Below are positions 43,538 through 56,206 of a stretch of DNA of 64,000 nucleotides, in pieces. The DNA lies in the NCBI RefSeq assembly GCF_003018255.1, contig NZ_CP027440.1; one strand, written 5' to 3'. Origin of the DNA: Escherichia coli. GTDB taxonomy: Bacteria > Pseudomonadota > Gammaproteobacteria > Enterobacterales > Enterobacteriaceae. A program made the translations under genes and the position numbers. How positions within the stretch are numbered: the stretch's first letter is position 1; every line of letters starts with the position of its first letter. The notes beneath the pieces were generated by a model. That model was not told where the DNA came from, made no database searches, and was given only the letters and a program-made list of their open reading frames with translations.

Positions 43538-45370
43538 TCAATGTTTCAACGACCAGAAGATCTTTTCTGCCAGACCTTGCGAAATACCCGGCACTTTTGC
43601 AATTTCCTCGACGCTGGCGTTACGTAAACCTTGCAAACCGCCCATATATTTCAACAACATTTGCCGACGTTTTGGCCCGACGCCTTCAATGGTTTCCAGG
43701 GAACTGGTATTTTTGACCTTCGCCCGTTTTTTACGGTGCCCGCCAATCGCGTGATCGTGTGATTCATCGCGAATATGCTGGATAACATGCAGTGCGGGAG
43801 AATCTGGCGGCAAACTGAATCCCTCACCTTCCGGCTCAAAGAACAGCGTTTCCAGCCCAGCCTTACGATCTGCTCCTTTGGCAACGCCTAGTAGCAGCGG
43901 ATGATTTTTATCCCATGAGACATCCAGTTCGGCGAAAACATTTTTCGCCTGCGCAAGTTGGCCTTTGCCGCCGTCGATAAGGATCACATCCGGGATCTTA
44001 CTCTCGTCGATGGCTTTACCATAACGCCGACGCAGCACCTGATTCATCGCCGCATAATCATCGCCCGGCGTGATGCCAGTAATGTTATAGCGTCGATACT
44101 CCGCACGCAGCGGGCCGTTAGCATCAAACACCACACAGGAAGCGACGGTTTGTTCCCCCATGGTATGGCTGATGTCAAAGCATTCCATCCGCTTCACTTC
44201 CGGCAATTTCAACACGCTGGCAAGCGCGGTCAGTCGCTGGTGAACGGTAGATTGCTGCGAAAGTTTGCTGGTTAAGGCCGTCGCCGCATTGGTGCGCGCG
44301 AGTTTCAGATAACGCGCCCGATCGCCGCGAGGTTTGGTTTGAACATTAATCTTGCGTCCCGCCAGTTCTGAAAGGGAATCGGCGAGCAGCGTTTTATCGC
44401 TAAGATTAAAATCGAGCAGGATCTCACCCGGTAAGGTGCGCATCTGGCTGCCTTGTAAATAGAACTGACCTACGAAGGTTTCCACCACCTCGCTCAGTTC
44501 CGTACCGCCAGGCACTTTCGGGAAATAGCTGCGGCTGCCGAGCACTTTACCCTGACGAATGAACAATACGTGGACACAAGCCATGCCCGCATCGAACGCC
44601 ACACCAATAACGTCGAGGTCGTCGCCGGTATTGGACACAAACTGTTTTTCGGTGACGCGTCGCACCGCCTGAATTTGGTCGCGAATACGTGCCGCTTCTT
44701 CAAACTCCAGATTCTGGCTGGCAGTTTCCATACGACTAATGAGTTGCGTAAGCACCTGATCATCTTTGCCAGACAAAAACAGGCGCACATACTCGACCTG
44801 CTGAGCGTATTCTTCTTCACTCACCAGTCCTTCAACGCACGGTCCCAGACAGCGCCCTATCTGATATTGCAGACACGGACGCGAGCGATTGCGATAAACA
44901 CTATTTTCGCACTGGCGAATGGGGAATATCTTTTGCAGTAGCGCCAGTGTTTCACGTACGGCATAGCCATTCGGGAACGGGCCGAAATATTCACCTTTAG
45001 CATGCTTCGCACCACGATGCATCGCCAGACGCGGATGGGTATCGCCACTCAGGAAGATAAAGGGATAAGATTTATCATCGCGTAGCAAAACGTTGTAACG
45101 CGGCTGATAGAGTTTGATGTAGTTGTGTTCCAGCAACAGCGCTTCGGTTTCTGTATGAGTAACCGTTACATCAATTTGCTGGATCTGGGCGACCAGCGCT
45201 TCGGTTTTGCGCGAAGCGAGGTTGCTACGGAAATAGCTGGAAAGCCGTTTTTTCAGGTCTTTCGCTTTGCCGACATAGATAACCGTACCACCAGCATCGT
45301 ACATGCGATAAACGCCTGGCTGGCTGGTTACGGTTTTTAAAAACGCTTTTGCGTCAAACTGATCACTCAC
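43538..45370 (-). CDS. uvrC: Excinuclease ABC subunit C
   Basis: 610 aa, N-terminal GIY-YIG domain ([19 protein letters not shown]) and C-terminal helix-hairpin-helix. Confidence 0.97.
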   Translation of the reverse strand: MSDQFDAKAFLKTVTSQPGVYRMYDAGGTVIYVGKAKDLKKRLSSYFRSNLASRKTEALVAQIQQIDVTVTHTETEALLLEHNYIKLYQPRYNVLLRDDKSYPFIFLSGDTHPRLAMHRGAKHAKGEYFGPFPNGYAVRETLALLQKIFPIRQCENSVYRNRSRPCLQYQIGRCLGPCVEGLVSEEEYAQQVEYVRLFLSGKDDQVLTQLISRMETASQNLEFEEAARIRDQIQAVRRVTEKQFVSNTGDDLDVIGVAFDAGMACVHVLFIRQGKVLGSRSYFPKVPGGTELSEVVETFVGQFYLQGSQMRTLPGEILLDFNLSDKTLLADSLSELAGRKINVQTKPRGDRARYLKLARTNAATALTSKLSQQSTVHQRLTALASVLKLPEVKRMECFDISHTMGEQTVASCVVFDANGPLRAEYRRYNITGITPGDDYAAMNQVLRRRYGKAIDESKIPDVILIDGGKGQLAQAKNVFAELDVSWDKNHPLLLGVAKGADRKAGLETLFFEPEGEGFSLPPDSPALHVIQHIRDESHDHAIGGHRKKRAKVKNTSSLETIEGVGPKRRQMLLKYMGGLQGLRNASVEEIAKVPGISQGLAEKIFWSLKH

Positions 45371-46023
45371 TGACTTGATAATGTCTCCGCATTACACAGA
45401 CCATGGCGAATTGCCAGGTGAGTCAGCTCAACATCGCCATGAATGTTTAGTTTACTGAACATACGATAGCGGTAGCTGTTCACCGTTTTCGGACTGAGAT
45501 TGAGCTGTTCTGAGATCTCATTGACCTTCTGGCCCTTGGTGATCATCAGCATAATCTGCAATTCACGTTCAGACAAACTGGCAAATGGGCTTTCTGTTTT
45601 TTCTGGTTCGATCTGGCTTAACGCCATTTGTTGAGCGATGTCAGAAGCAATGTAACGCTGCCCTGAATAGACAGAACGGATCGCACTCACAACTTCCTGC
45701 GGAGCCGCGCCTTTGCTGAGGTAGCCCGCAGCACCGGCCTGCATGACTTTCGCTGGTAAAGGGTTTTCTGTATGGACGGTAAGCATGATGATTTTAACAT
45801 CAGCTGTGGAACGCGCGATTTTACGCGTCGCCTCAAGGCCGCCAATGCCCGGCATACTCATGTCCATTAGCACCACGTCAACGGCATTTGCCCGGCACCA
45901 TTTAACGGCGTCTTCACCGCACGATGCCTCTCCGACGACTTTTATACCCTTTATATCTTCCAGAATGCGTCGTATCCCTGCGCGCACCAGTTCGTGGTCA
46001 TCAACAAGTAGAACGTTGATCAA
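45367..46023 (-). CDS. uvrY: Response regulator UvrY (BarA/UvrY two-component system; LuxR/FixJ-type)
   Basis: 218 aa, receiver ([26 protein letters not shown]) plus LuxR-type HTH; stop overlaps the uvrC start by 4 bp. Confidence 0.97.
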   Translation of the reverse strand: MINVLLVDDHELVRAGIRRILEDIKGIKVVGEASCGEDAVKWCRANAVDVVLMDMSMPGIGGLEATRKIARSTADVKIIMLTVHTENPLPAKVMQAGAAGYLSKGAAPQEVVSAIRSVYSGQRYIASDIAQQMALSQIEPEKTESPFASLSERELQIMLMITKGQKVNEISEQLNLSPKTVNSYRYRMFSKLNIHGDVELTHLAIRHGLCNAETLSSQ

Positions 46024-46481
46024 AGGAATATCTCCAGAAATAGGGATAACGCTACTGATAGTTAGTCATTCGTATATTAGCGGTTTTTATTGCAACTTTG
46101 AAACGTTAAAAATGGTGGGTATTCGATTTTTCTCTCGTTTTTGTAAATTCGATTGTCCACAGTTATGGTCACGCCCGTCACCAACGGCTTCCGGGATCGT
46201 TTCACTGTAAGCCCTGCGATGAAATGTGACAAAAATTGACTTTATTCAGCAAAAATGAAAATCAGCCCGCTGAATATGTAACATTAATTAACCCGAACAA
46301 TACGGGCAAAAAACATTCATGATAAAAATATTTATTGGTCATTATATTAACGTATTTTATAGCACTGCCGATATCACGCTCAAAAAACAACCACTGCTAT
46401 TTTTAGCAAAGCTTATGGTATACTCCGCCGCCTTAACATTTTTCACCGCAAATTTTCATTGCAACATGACGAGGAAAATAA

Positions 46482-46706
46482 ATGAGTACGCCTGATTTTT
46501 CTACTGCCGAGAATAATCAAGAACTGGCAAATGAAGTCTCCTGCCTGAAAGCGATGCTGACGCTGATGCTGCAGGCGATGGGACAAGCTGACGCGGGCCG
46601 CGTGATGTTAAAGATGGAAAAACAGCTTGCGCTGATCGAAGACGAAACCCAGGCTGCAGTATTTTCCAAAACGGTTAAGCAAATTAAACAAGCCTACCGT
46701 CAGTAA
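46482..46706 (+). CDS. yecF: DUF2594-family protein YecF
   Basis: 74 aa ORF between uvrY and sdiA, conserved position. Confidence 0.8.
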
Positions 46707-46772
46707 TATAAAACCGGCTGAGAGCGTGCCTTTCAGCCGGTTTTTGCATCTGGCACGCAGAAAGAAAAGCGA

Positions 46773-47495
46773 TCAAATTAAGCCAGTAGCGGCCGCGTAA
46801 CAGGCCACCTGGGTCTTATTTGGTGCATTGATTTTTTTCTGCATGTTTTTCTGATGGAAATTGACCGTATTCTCAGAGATTGACAAAATCATCGCTATCT
46901 CTGCTGATGTCTTCCCTTCCGCCGTCCATTTCAGAATTTCTTTTTCGCGCTTGCTGAAATTCATCTCTGGCGTCATCACTATTTCATCATTTAAACGCAT
47001 CAGAGCCATCAGACTTTCGCGCACCAGTAACTGCATTTTTAATTGCAGTTCATCACTAAGAATGGGTATTTCGCGCGCAGTGCAACGGGAAAAGGACAAA
47101 AAGCCCAGCGCCCGGTTTGGCAGCATTAAATACTGAGTGACACCGCGGCGTAAACCATGCGCGCGCGCAGCTTCCCATAACGGCTGTGCTTCGCTGAATA
47201 AGTCATCATTCCACATTAAATGGCCCTGACTAAAGTTTTCAGGGTTCAGTACAGGATCAATTGCGAGAAAGTTTTTTGCCTGATAATAACTAACCCACGC
47301 CTCAGGGTAATTGGTGTAGAAAGCCACTTTAGGTCGCGTGAATGGTACCGGGTGGCGAACACATAACGAATAGTAATCGTACTCCAGCTGCTGAGCCTGA
47401 AGCTCTATTTCATGGTAGACCTCTTCTGCGGCCTCCATCCTCTGAAAACGCAACAGCATCGTGCGACGCCAGCTGAAAAAATCCGTATCCTGCAT
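46773..47495 (-). CDS. sdiA: LuxR-family orphan acyl-homoserine-lactone receptor SdiA
   Basis: ORF 46773-47507; start placed at MQDTDFFSWRRTMLLRFQRM (240 aa); C-terminal LuxR HTH. Confidence 0.95.
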   Translation of the reverse strand: MQDTDFFSWRRTMLLRFQRMEAAEEVYHEIELQAQQLEYDYYSLCVRHPVPFTRPKVAFYTNYPEAWVSYYQAKNFLAIDPVLNPENFSQGHLMWNDDLFSEAQPLWEAARAHGLRRGVTQYLMLPNRALGFLSFSRCTAREIPILSDELQLKMQLLVRESLMALMRLNDEIVMTPEMNFSKREKEILKWTAEGKTSAEIAMILSISENTVNFHQKNMQKKINAPNKTQVACYAAATGLI

Positions 47496-47724
47496 AGTAA
47501 ACCGCAACGCCCCTGAGAGTGAGTATCATTTATAATGATAATTCAAACTATCACATAAATAAGATTTATATATAATTTATATTATTCAGGCAATGAATTA
47601 CTTTTGCAAGCCATCGCATTCTCTTATGTTATTAATGAGTTATGCTGATTTGTTAAGCAGTTTTATCACGTTTGAAGTGGCGCACCGCCCCGACAGGTGA
47701 ATCGTCGGGGCTGATTTTTTCTTA

Positions 47725-48477
47725 TTATTGCAGCAGAAACTTCTCGAGGAACTGGCGGGTGCGAGGCTGCTCGGGATCGGCAAATAACGCTTTTGCGGCC
47801 CCCTGCTCGACTATCCGCCCCTGGTCCATAAAGATCGCCCGGTCCGCAACATCCCGGGCAAAGCTCATTTCGTGCGTCACAATCACCATCGTGCGCTTTT
47901 CCTGCGCCAGCTGGCGGATGGTGTTCAGGACTTCGCCCACCAGCTCTGGATCCAGCGCCGACGTTGGCTCGTCAAACAAAATCACTTCAGGACGCATAGC
48001 CAGCGCTCGCGCAATCGCGACACGCTGCTGTTGACCGCCAGACAAACGACGTGGATAGCTGGTTTCTTTACCTGCCAGCCCAACTTTCGCCAGCAGCTCG
48101 CGAGCGCGCGCCGTGGCCTCTTCTTTCGGTTCGCCTTTGACGATCACCGGCCCTTCAATAATGTTTTCCAGCACCGTACGATGCGGAAACAAATTAAAGT
48201 TCTGGAAGACAAACCCGACGTGCTGACGCAACTGGCGAATCAGCGATTTTTGCTGACTTAATGAACGTGCAGTATCAATGGTGATATCGCCAACGGTGAT
48301 GGTTCCCGCTTCCGGTTGTTCCAGCAGATTTATGCTGCGTAGCAACGTGGTTTTGCCGGAACCACTTGGACCGATAATTGCCACCACTTCGCCAGGCTTC
48401 ACCTCAAGGTCGATACCGTGCAGCACCGTCTGACCGTGGAATTTTTTCACCAGGTTCTTAACTTCAATGGCACTCAT
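47725..48477 (-). CDS. tcyN: L-cystine ABC transporter ATP-binding protein
   Basis: 250 aa, Walker A GPSGSGKTT, ABC signature LSGGQQQR, polar amino-acid ABC family. Confidence 0.95.
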   Translation of the reverse strand: MSAIEVKNLVKKFHGQTVLHGIDLEVKPGEVVAIIGPSGSGKTTLLRSINLLEQPEAGTITVGDITIDTARSLSQQKSLIRQLRQHVGFVFQNFNLFPHRTVLENIIEGPVIVKGEPKEEATARARELLAKVGLAGKETSYPRRLSGGQQQRVAIARALAMRPEVILFDEPTSALDPELVGEVLNTIRQLAQEKRTMVIVTHEMSFARDVADRAIFMDQGRIVEQGAAKALFADPEQPRTRQFLEKFLLQ

Positions 48478-49142
48478 TTTGGTTCTCTCTCCTGGCGATT
48501 AAGTTGATTCTCAAAATGGTTCTGCAACGTCGATAATACTGTCGCCATGATCCAGTAGATGAGCGAAGCCGCCAGGTACATGGTGAACACCTCCAGCGTG
48601 CGCGAGGTAATCAACTGCGCCTGACGGAACAGCTCCGGCACCTGGATTGTCGCGGCCAGCGACGTATCTTTTACCAGGCTGATAAAGCTGTTCGACAGCG
48701 GCGGCAACGCCACACGCGCCGCCTGTGGCAAAATCGCGCGACGCATGGTCTGCCACGGCGTCATACCAATACTGGCAGCAGCTTCCCACTGACCTTTATC
48801 AATAGAAGAAATGGCGGCGCGCAGTGTTTCGGCGGCATAGGCGGCAGTGTTTAGCGACAGACCAATCATTGCTGACGGAATGGGATCTAATTCGATGCCA
48901 AACTGCGGCAGGCCGTAATAGATCATAAACAGTTGTGCGATGAGTGGCGTACCACGAAAAATAGAGATATAAAAACGCGCCAGCCAGCGCACGGGCCAGA
49001 TTGGCGAAAGGCGCATCAGCGCGAGAATAAACCCGAGCAGTAAGCCAAAAAACATGCCGCCGATACTGAGTTGCAGCGTATACCCAGCCCCTTTCAGCAG
49101 GAACGGCAAGGAATCAATAACCAGTTGTATACTTTCTTGCAT
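48474..49142 (-). CDS. tcyL: L-cystine ABC transporter permease
   Basis: 222 aa membrane protein; stop overlaps the tcyN start. Confidence 0.94.
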   Translation of the reverse strand: MQESIQLVIDSLPFLLKGAGYTLQLSIGGMFFGLLLGFILALMRLSPIWPVRWLARFYISIFRGTPLIAQLFMIYYGLPQFGIELDPIPSAMIGLSLNTAAYAAETLRAAISSIDKGQWEAAASIGMTPWQTMRRAILPQAARVALPPLSNSFISLVKDTSLAATIQVPELFRQAQLITSRTLEVFTMYLAASLIYWIMATVLSTLQNHFENQLNRQEREPK

Positions 49143-49156
49143 GAGCGTTTCCGGAG

Positions 49157-51048
<1,892 letters not shown>

Positions 51049-51135
51049 ATTTACCCCGAATGTTGTTATGTCTGTTTGCAGTGTAGAGCCATTGTTTGTA
51101 AACACAAAAACAACTCCGCTACATCTTATTCTTAT

Positions 51136-51687
51136 TTAATATATATCAGAAGCAGGCAGACTGGAGGATTTCTGCACAAGTCCGGTACACGTTTGACGCT
51201 GATAGTGTTGATACTTCCGTAACGCAATGCGGTAATTGTTGGTGCTGGTGGTGGGCAGCCACGGGGCGAGGATTTCATCAAGGAAACCGTCCTGCAGCTG
51301 ATCGAGGGAAATATTTTGCTCGTGTAGATGATTACCCAAACGGCGCAGACGAACGACATATTCACGCACCGTACCTGGGCTCATTTCAGTTTGCTCAAAA
51401 AGAAATTGCTTAAAGCCGATAATATCGAAAAAATCACTCTGCGTTTTGCAATGTAAATCACCGCAAAATCGGCACAATGCCGCCCATGATTTTTGTTCCA
51501 CTTGCCAGCCATTTTCATCAAGCAGCATGTCCAGGCGGGAAATCTCGATTTTATTCACTATTTTGCCGTCGCGAACGAGGGTAATGCGATCGAGTAATTT
51601 ACGGCAATGCGCGCAATGGGTCTGGCTGTGTTTAAAGTCTTTAAGATAGCGGCTTAATGGCCGTCTTTTCAGGTGCTGCACCATCAT
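51136..51687 (-). CDS. fliZ: Regulator FliZ
   Basis: ORF 51136-51723; start placed at MMVQHLKRRPLSRYLKDFKHSQTHCAHCRK (183 aa); co-transcribed with fliA. Confidence 0.94.
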   Translation of the reverse strand: MMVQHLKRRPLSRYLKDFKHSQTHCAHCRKLLDRITLVRDGKIVNKIEISRLDMLLDENGWQVEQKSWAALCRFCGDLHCKTQSDFFDIIGFKQFLFEQTEMSPGTVREYVVRLRRLGNHLHEQNISLDQLQDGFLDEILAPWLPTTSTNNYRIALRKYQHYQRQTCTGLVQKSSSLPASDIY

Positions 51688-51732
51688 TAAGAACTCCTGG
51701 TAGTCAAAATTAAAGTGCGGCATTTACTGACG

Positions 51733-52452
51733 TTATAACTTACCCAGTTTAGTGCGTAACCGTTTAATGGCCTGGCTGTGTAACTGACTGACCCGCGATT
51801 CCCCGACCTCCAGCACCGCGCCAATCTCTTTGAGATTCAGCTCTTCCTGGTAATAGAGGGTTAATACCAGTTTTTCGCGCTCCGGCAACGTTTCGATAGC
51901 TTCCATCACCCGCTGGCGCAGATTACTGTCCAGCAGTTGTTGTAGCGGGTTTTCTCGCTGATGATCATCAGTAACCAGTTCGATGCTATCGCCGTGCTCT
52001 TCGCGCCACTCATCGTAGGAGAAGAGCTGGCTGTTATTGGTGTCGAGCAACATTTGGCGATAGTCGGCAATATCGATCCCTAAACGTTCCGCTACCTCAG
52101 TTTCCGTGGCGTTGCGGCCAAGTTCCTGCTCCAGTTGCCCTATTGCCTGTGCCACTTCACGCGCGTTGCGTCGCACGCTGCGCGGCACCCAGTCACGGCT
52201 GCGAAGTTCATCCAGCATAGCGCCACGGATACGCTGCACTGCGTAAGTTGTAAATGCCGTTCCTTGTAGGGCGTCATAGCGTTCGACGGCATTGAGTAAC
52301 CCAATGCCGCCCGCCTGTAGCAGATCGTCAAGTTCCACGCTCGCGGGCAGTCGAACCTGCAGGCGCAATGCTTCGTGACGCACCAGCGGGACATAACGCT
52401 GCCACAGCGAGTGTTTATCCATTACACCTTCAGCGGTATAGAGTGAATTCAC
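51733..52452 (-). CDS. fliA: Flagellar sigma factor sigma-28 (FliA)
   Basis: 239 aa with sigma-70 family regions 2 to 4. Confidence 0.98.
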   Translation of the reverse strand: MNSLYTAEGVMDKHSLWQRYVPLVRHEALRLQVRLPASVELDDLLQAGGIGLLNAVERYDALQGTAFTTYAVQRIRGAMLDELRSRDWVPRSVRRNAREVAQAIGQLEQELGRNATETEVAERLGIDIADYRQMLLDTNNSQLFSYDEWREEHGDSIELVTDDHQRENPLQQLLDSNLRQRVMEAIETLPEREKLVLTLYYQEELNLKEIGAVLEVGESRVSQLHSQAIKRLRTKLGKL

Positions 52453-52574
52453 GATAAACAGCCCTGCGTTATATGAGTTATCGGCATGATTATCCGTTTC
52501 TGCAGGGTTTTTAATCGGACGATTAGTGGGTGAAATGAGGGGTTATTTGGGGGTTACCGGTAAATTGCGGGCAG

Positions 52575-52597
52575 AAAAAACCCCGCCGTTGGCGGGG
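52575..52597 (-). terminator. Rho-independent terminator downstream of fliC
   Basis: Stem ccccgcc (52581-52587) / ggcgggg (52591-52597); the plus-strand A-run 52575-52580 gives a T-run after the stem on the minus strand. Confidence 0.7.
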
Positions 52598-52628
52598 AAG
52601 CACGTTGCTGACAAATTACCATTCATGT

Positions 52629-52728
<100 letters not shown>

Positions 52729-52770
52729 ATTTGGCGTTGCCGTCAGTCTCAGTTAATCAGGTTACGACGA

Positions 52771-54510
52771 TTAACCCTGCAGCAGAGACAGAACCTGCTG
52801 CGGTACCTGGTTAGCTTTTGCCAGCACGGAGTTACCGGCCTGCTGGATGATCTGCGCTTTCGACATGTTGGACACTTCGGTCGCATAGTCGGCGTCCTGA
52901 ATACGGGACTGCGCTTCGGACAGGTTGGTAGTGGTGTTGTTCAGGTTGGTGACCGCGGAATCCAGACGGTTTTGCACCGCACCGAGGGAGGAGCGGAATT
53001 TGTCGATGGAGCTGATGGCTTCGTCCAGAGCTTTCAGTGGATCGGCGGTGGTTGCAGCTTTAGTTTCAGCGTCAGTAGTAAAATTACCATCCGCTGAAAC
53101 ATAGACTGCTTTACCTGAACCATTGGTCACAGTTCCGTCTTTTTGCAAAAACAGATTGGTTGTATTATCGGTAGTCAGTGAACCATCAGCTTTGGTGTAA
53201 GCGTCTTCAAAAACTGTACCTGTGTATTGTTGTACTATACCTTTACTATCAACTTTAATATCGCCTGCGCTGGTACCAGTAGCTCCAACATCAACTGTGA
53301 ATCCTGTGGACTTAGTTGCCGATTGAAGAGACTCAGCACTCATTCTTGCATTTGCTACAGTGATTGCACCAGAAGTAGTAGCATCAGTACCGCCATCCAG
53401 AGTGAAGGTTGTTTCATCTTCAGTTGTAATTACCGTAGATACGGCACCCGGTGTGCCTGTTGTATGCCAGTTTTTAGTCAGTGCATCAAGAGTGGCTGCT
53501 TTGACAGTCCCAGCATTGTTTTGAGTGAGGTTACCATCTACGTCAATAAATAGTTCTGAACCATCTTTCGCGGTAATTTTACCGTCGCTAGCCAATACAA
53601 CGTCAATTGACGTAGAACCAATTTTAACGTTTAAGTTAGCAGTATCGCCCGCTTTTGGTGTCAGGAAGGATTGTAACTGAGCACTGTTACTATCACCAGA
53701 ATTTGTACCAGCTGCAATAGTTGCACTATATGTAAAATCACCTGTAGCGCTGTTGTATGTATAATCTGTAGCTGTTGGCGATCCAAAACCATTTGCAATT
53801 GTGGCATTAACTTTTGCGTTATTAGCCAAACTCGCAATTACATCTGCAGCTGTAGATGTTTTCAGGCCTGCGCTAACAGTATAGGTAACTGTACCATTAG
53901 CATCAGCAGTACCTGGAGCCAAGAGTTGAGCTGCTGCCAAATCAGATTTAGTCGCTGCAGTATTAGCCACAGCCCCGCCACCATTCACATTAAACCCACT
54001 CAGCCCCAGCGTATCAGAGTCAATTTTCTTCAGATCAATAGTGATAGTCTGGCCGTCATTCGCACCAACCTGAATTTTCATTGAACCGTCTTTCGCCAGT
54101 ACGTTCACGCCGTTGAACTGGGTCTGGCCAGATACGCGGTCAATTTCGTCCAGACGGGATTTGATTTCGTCCTGAATGGAGTCCAGATCCGAATCGGAGT
54201 TAGTCCCGGTAGAAGCCTGAACCGTCAGTTCACGGATACGCTGTAAGTTGTTGTTGATTTCGGACAGCGCGCCTTCGGTGGTCTGTGCAACGGAGATACC
54301 GTCGTTGGCGTTACGTGCAGCTTGAGTCAGACCTTTAATGTTAGAAGTAAAACGGTTAGCAATCGCCTGACCTGCGGCGTCATCCTTCGCGCTGTTAATA
54401 CGCAAGCCAGAAGACAGACGCTCGATAGAACTCGACAGCGCAGACTGGTTCTTGTTGATATTATTTTGAGTGATCAGCGAGAGGCTGTTGGTATTAATGA
54501 CTTGTGCCAT
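52771..54510 (-). CDS. fliC: Flagellin (H antigen); long allele with a divergent central domain
   Basis: 579 aa; N-terminal about 175 aa (MAQVINTNSLSLITQNNINKNQSALSSSIERLSSGLRINSAKDDAAGQAIANRF...) and C-terminal about 90 aa (...LAKANQVPQQVLSLLQG) are the conserved D0/D1 segments; the central part is Thr/Ala/Gly/Asn-rich and unlike K-12. Confidence 0.97.
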   Translation of the reverse strand: MAQVINTNSLSLITQNNINKNQSALSSSIERLSSGLRINSAKDDAAGQAIANRFTSNIKGLTQAARNANDGISVAQTTEGALSEINNNLQRIRELTVQASTGTNSDSDLDSIQDEIKSRLDEIDRVSGQTQFNGVNVLAKDGSMKIQVGANDGQTITIDLKKIDSDTLGLSGFNVNGGGAVANTAATKSDLAAAQLLAPGTADANGTVTYTVSAGLKTSTAADVIASLANNAKVNATIANGFGSPTATDYTYNSATGDFTYSATIAAGTNSGDSNSAQLQSFLTPKAGDTANLNVKIGSTSIDVVLASDGKITAKDGSELFIDVDGNLTQNNAGTVKAATLDALTKNWHTTGTPGAVSTVITTEDETTFTLDGGTDATTSGAITVANARMSAESLQSATKSTGFTVDVGATGTSAGDIKVDSKGIVQQYTGTVFEDAYTKADGSLTTDNTTNLFLQKDGTVTNGSGKAVYVSADGNFTTDAETKAATTADPLKALDEAISSIDKFRSSLGAVQNRLDSAVTNLNNTTTNLSEAQSRIQDADYATEVSNMSKAQIIQQAGNSVLAKANQVPQQVLSLLQG

Positions 54511-54586
54511 GATTCGTTATCCTATATTGCAAGTCGTTGATTACGTATTGGGTTTCCACCCGTCGGCTCAATCGCCGTCAACCCTG

Positions 54587-54613
54587 TTATCGTCTGTCGT
54601 AAAACAACCTTTA
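54587..54613 (-). promoter_or_regulatory. Sigma-28 class 3 promoter of fliC
   Basis: Minus-strand reading gives TAAAGGTT-N11-GACGATAA, a close match to the sigma-28 consensus, about 80 bp upstream of the fliC ATG. Confidence 0.8.
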
Positions 54614-54705
54614 GAATTTTTTTCACAAACAGCCATTTTTTGTTAGTCGCCGAAATACTCTTTTCTCTGCCCCTTATTCCCGCTATTAAAAAAAACAATT
54701 AAACG

Positions 54706-54732
54706 TAAACTTTGCGCAATTCAGGCCGATAA
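54706..54732 (+). promoter_or_regulatory. Sigma-28 class 3 promoter of fliDST
   Basis: TAAACTTT-N11-GCCGATAA on the plus strand, 44 bp upstream of the fliD ATG. Confidence 0.85.
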
Positions 54733-54775
54733 CCCCGGTATTCGTTTTACGTGTCGAAAGATAAAAGGAAATCGC

Positions 54776-56182
54776 ATGGCAAGTATTTCATCGCTGGGAG
54801 TCGGGTCAGGTCTGGATTTAAGTTCAATCCTTGATAGCCTCACCGCCGCGCAAAAAGCGACGCTAACCCCTATTTCAAATCAGCAATCGTCGTTTACCGC
54901 TAAACTTAGCGCCTACGGTACGCTGAAAAGCGCGCTGACGACTTTCCAGACCGCCAATACTGCATTGTCTAAAGCCGATCTTTTTTCCGCCACCAGCACT
55001 ACCAGCAGCACCACCGCGTTCAGTGCCACCACTGCGGGTAACGCCATCGCCGGGAAATACACCATCAGCGTCACCCATCTGGCGCAGGCGCAAACCCTGA
55101 CCACGCGCACCACCAGAGACGATACGAAAACGGCGATCGCCACCAGCGACAGTAAACTCATCATTCAACAAGGCGGCGACAAAGATCCGATTACCATTGA
55201 TATCAGCGCGGCTAACTCATCGTTAAGCGGGATCCGTGATGCTATCAACAACGCAAAAGCGGGCGTAAGCGCAAGCATCATTAACGTGGGTAACGGTGAA
55301 TATCGTCTGTCAGTCACATCAAATGACACCGGCCTTGATAATGCGATGACACTCTCGGTCAGCGGTGATGATGCGCTACAAAGTTTTATGGGCTATGACG
55401 CCAGTGCCAGCAGCAACGGCATGGAGGTCTCGGTCGCCGCCCAGAATGCGCAGCTGACGGTCAACAACGTCGCCATTGAGAACAGCAGCAACACCATCAG
55501 CGACGCGCTGGAAAACATCACCCTGAACCTGAACGATGTCACCACGGGCAACCAGACGCTAACCATCACTCAGGACACCTCCAAAGCGCAAACGGCGATT
55601 AAAGACTGGGTGAATGCCTATAACTCGCTAATAGATACCTTCAGCAGCCTGACCAAATACACCGCCGTAGATGCGGGAGCTGATAGCCAGAGTTCTAGCA
55701 ATGGCGCACTGCTCGGCGACTCCACGTTGCGGACGATTCAGACGCAGTTGAAATCGATGCTGAGTAATACCGTTAGTTCTTCCAACTATAAAACGTTGGC
55801 GCAGATTGGTATCACGACCGATCCCAGCGATGGCAAACTGGAACTGGATGCCGACAAACTCACCGCTGCACTGAAAAAAGATGCCAGCGGCGTAGGTGCA
55901 TTGATTGTTGGCGATGGTAAAAAAACCGGCATCACGACCACCATCGGCAGCAACCTGACCAGTTGGCTTTCGACAACAGGCATTATTAAAGCCGCTACCG
56001 ATGGCGTTAGTAAGACCCTGAATAAGTTAACCAAAGACTACAACGCCGCCAGCGATCGCATTGATGCGCAGGTCGCGCGCTACAAAGAGCAATTTACCCA
56101 ACTGGACGTTTTAATGACCTCGTTAAACAGCACCAGCAGCTACTTAACGCAGCAGTTCGAAAACAACAGTAATTCCAAGTAA
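54776..56182 (+). CDS. fliD: Flagellar filament cap protein FliD
   Basis: 468 aa, MASISSLGVGSGLDLSSILDSLTAAQKATL N-terminus. Confidence 0.97.
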   Translation: MASISSLGVGSGLDLSSILDSLTAAQKATLTPISNQQSSFTAKLSAYGTLKSALTTFQTANTALSKADLFSATSTTSSTTAFSATTAGNAIAGKYTISVTHLAQAQTLTTRTTRDDTKTAIATSDSKLIIQQGGDKDPITIDISAANSSLSGIRDAINNAKAGVSASIINVGNGEYRLSVTSNDTGLDNAMTLSVSGDDALQSFMGYDASASSNGMEVSVAAQNAQLTVNNVAIENSSNTISDALENITLNLNDVTTGNQTLTITQDTSKAQTAIKDWVNAYNSLIDTFSSLTKYTAVDAGADSQSSSNGALLGDSTLRTIQTQLKSMLSNTVSSSNYKTLAQIGITTDPSDGKLELDADKLTAALKKDASGVGALIVGDGKKTGITTTIGSNLTSWLSTTGIIKAATDGVSKTLNKLTKDYNAASDRIDAQVARYKEQFTQLDVLMTSLNSTSSYLTQQFENNSNSK

Positions 56183-56206
56183 TCAATATTCATCGGGAGA
56201 CAGGTC

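Noticed and set aside
52478-52485. Possible sigma-28 -10 element (GCCGATAA on the minus strand) upstream of fliA
   Set aside because: The -10 match is good but I could not find a convincing TAAA-type -35 at the correct spacing; fliA is known to have both class 2 and sigma-28 promoters, but I cannot place them confidently from sequence alone.
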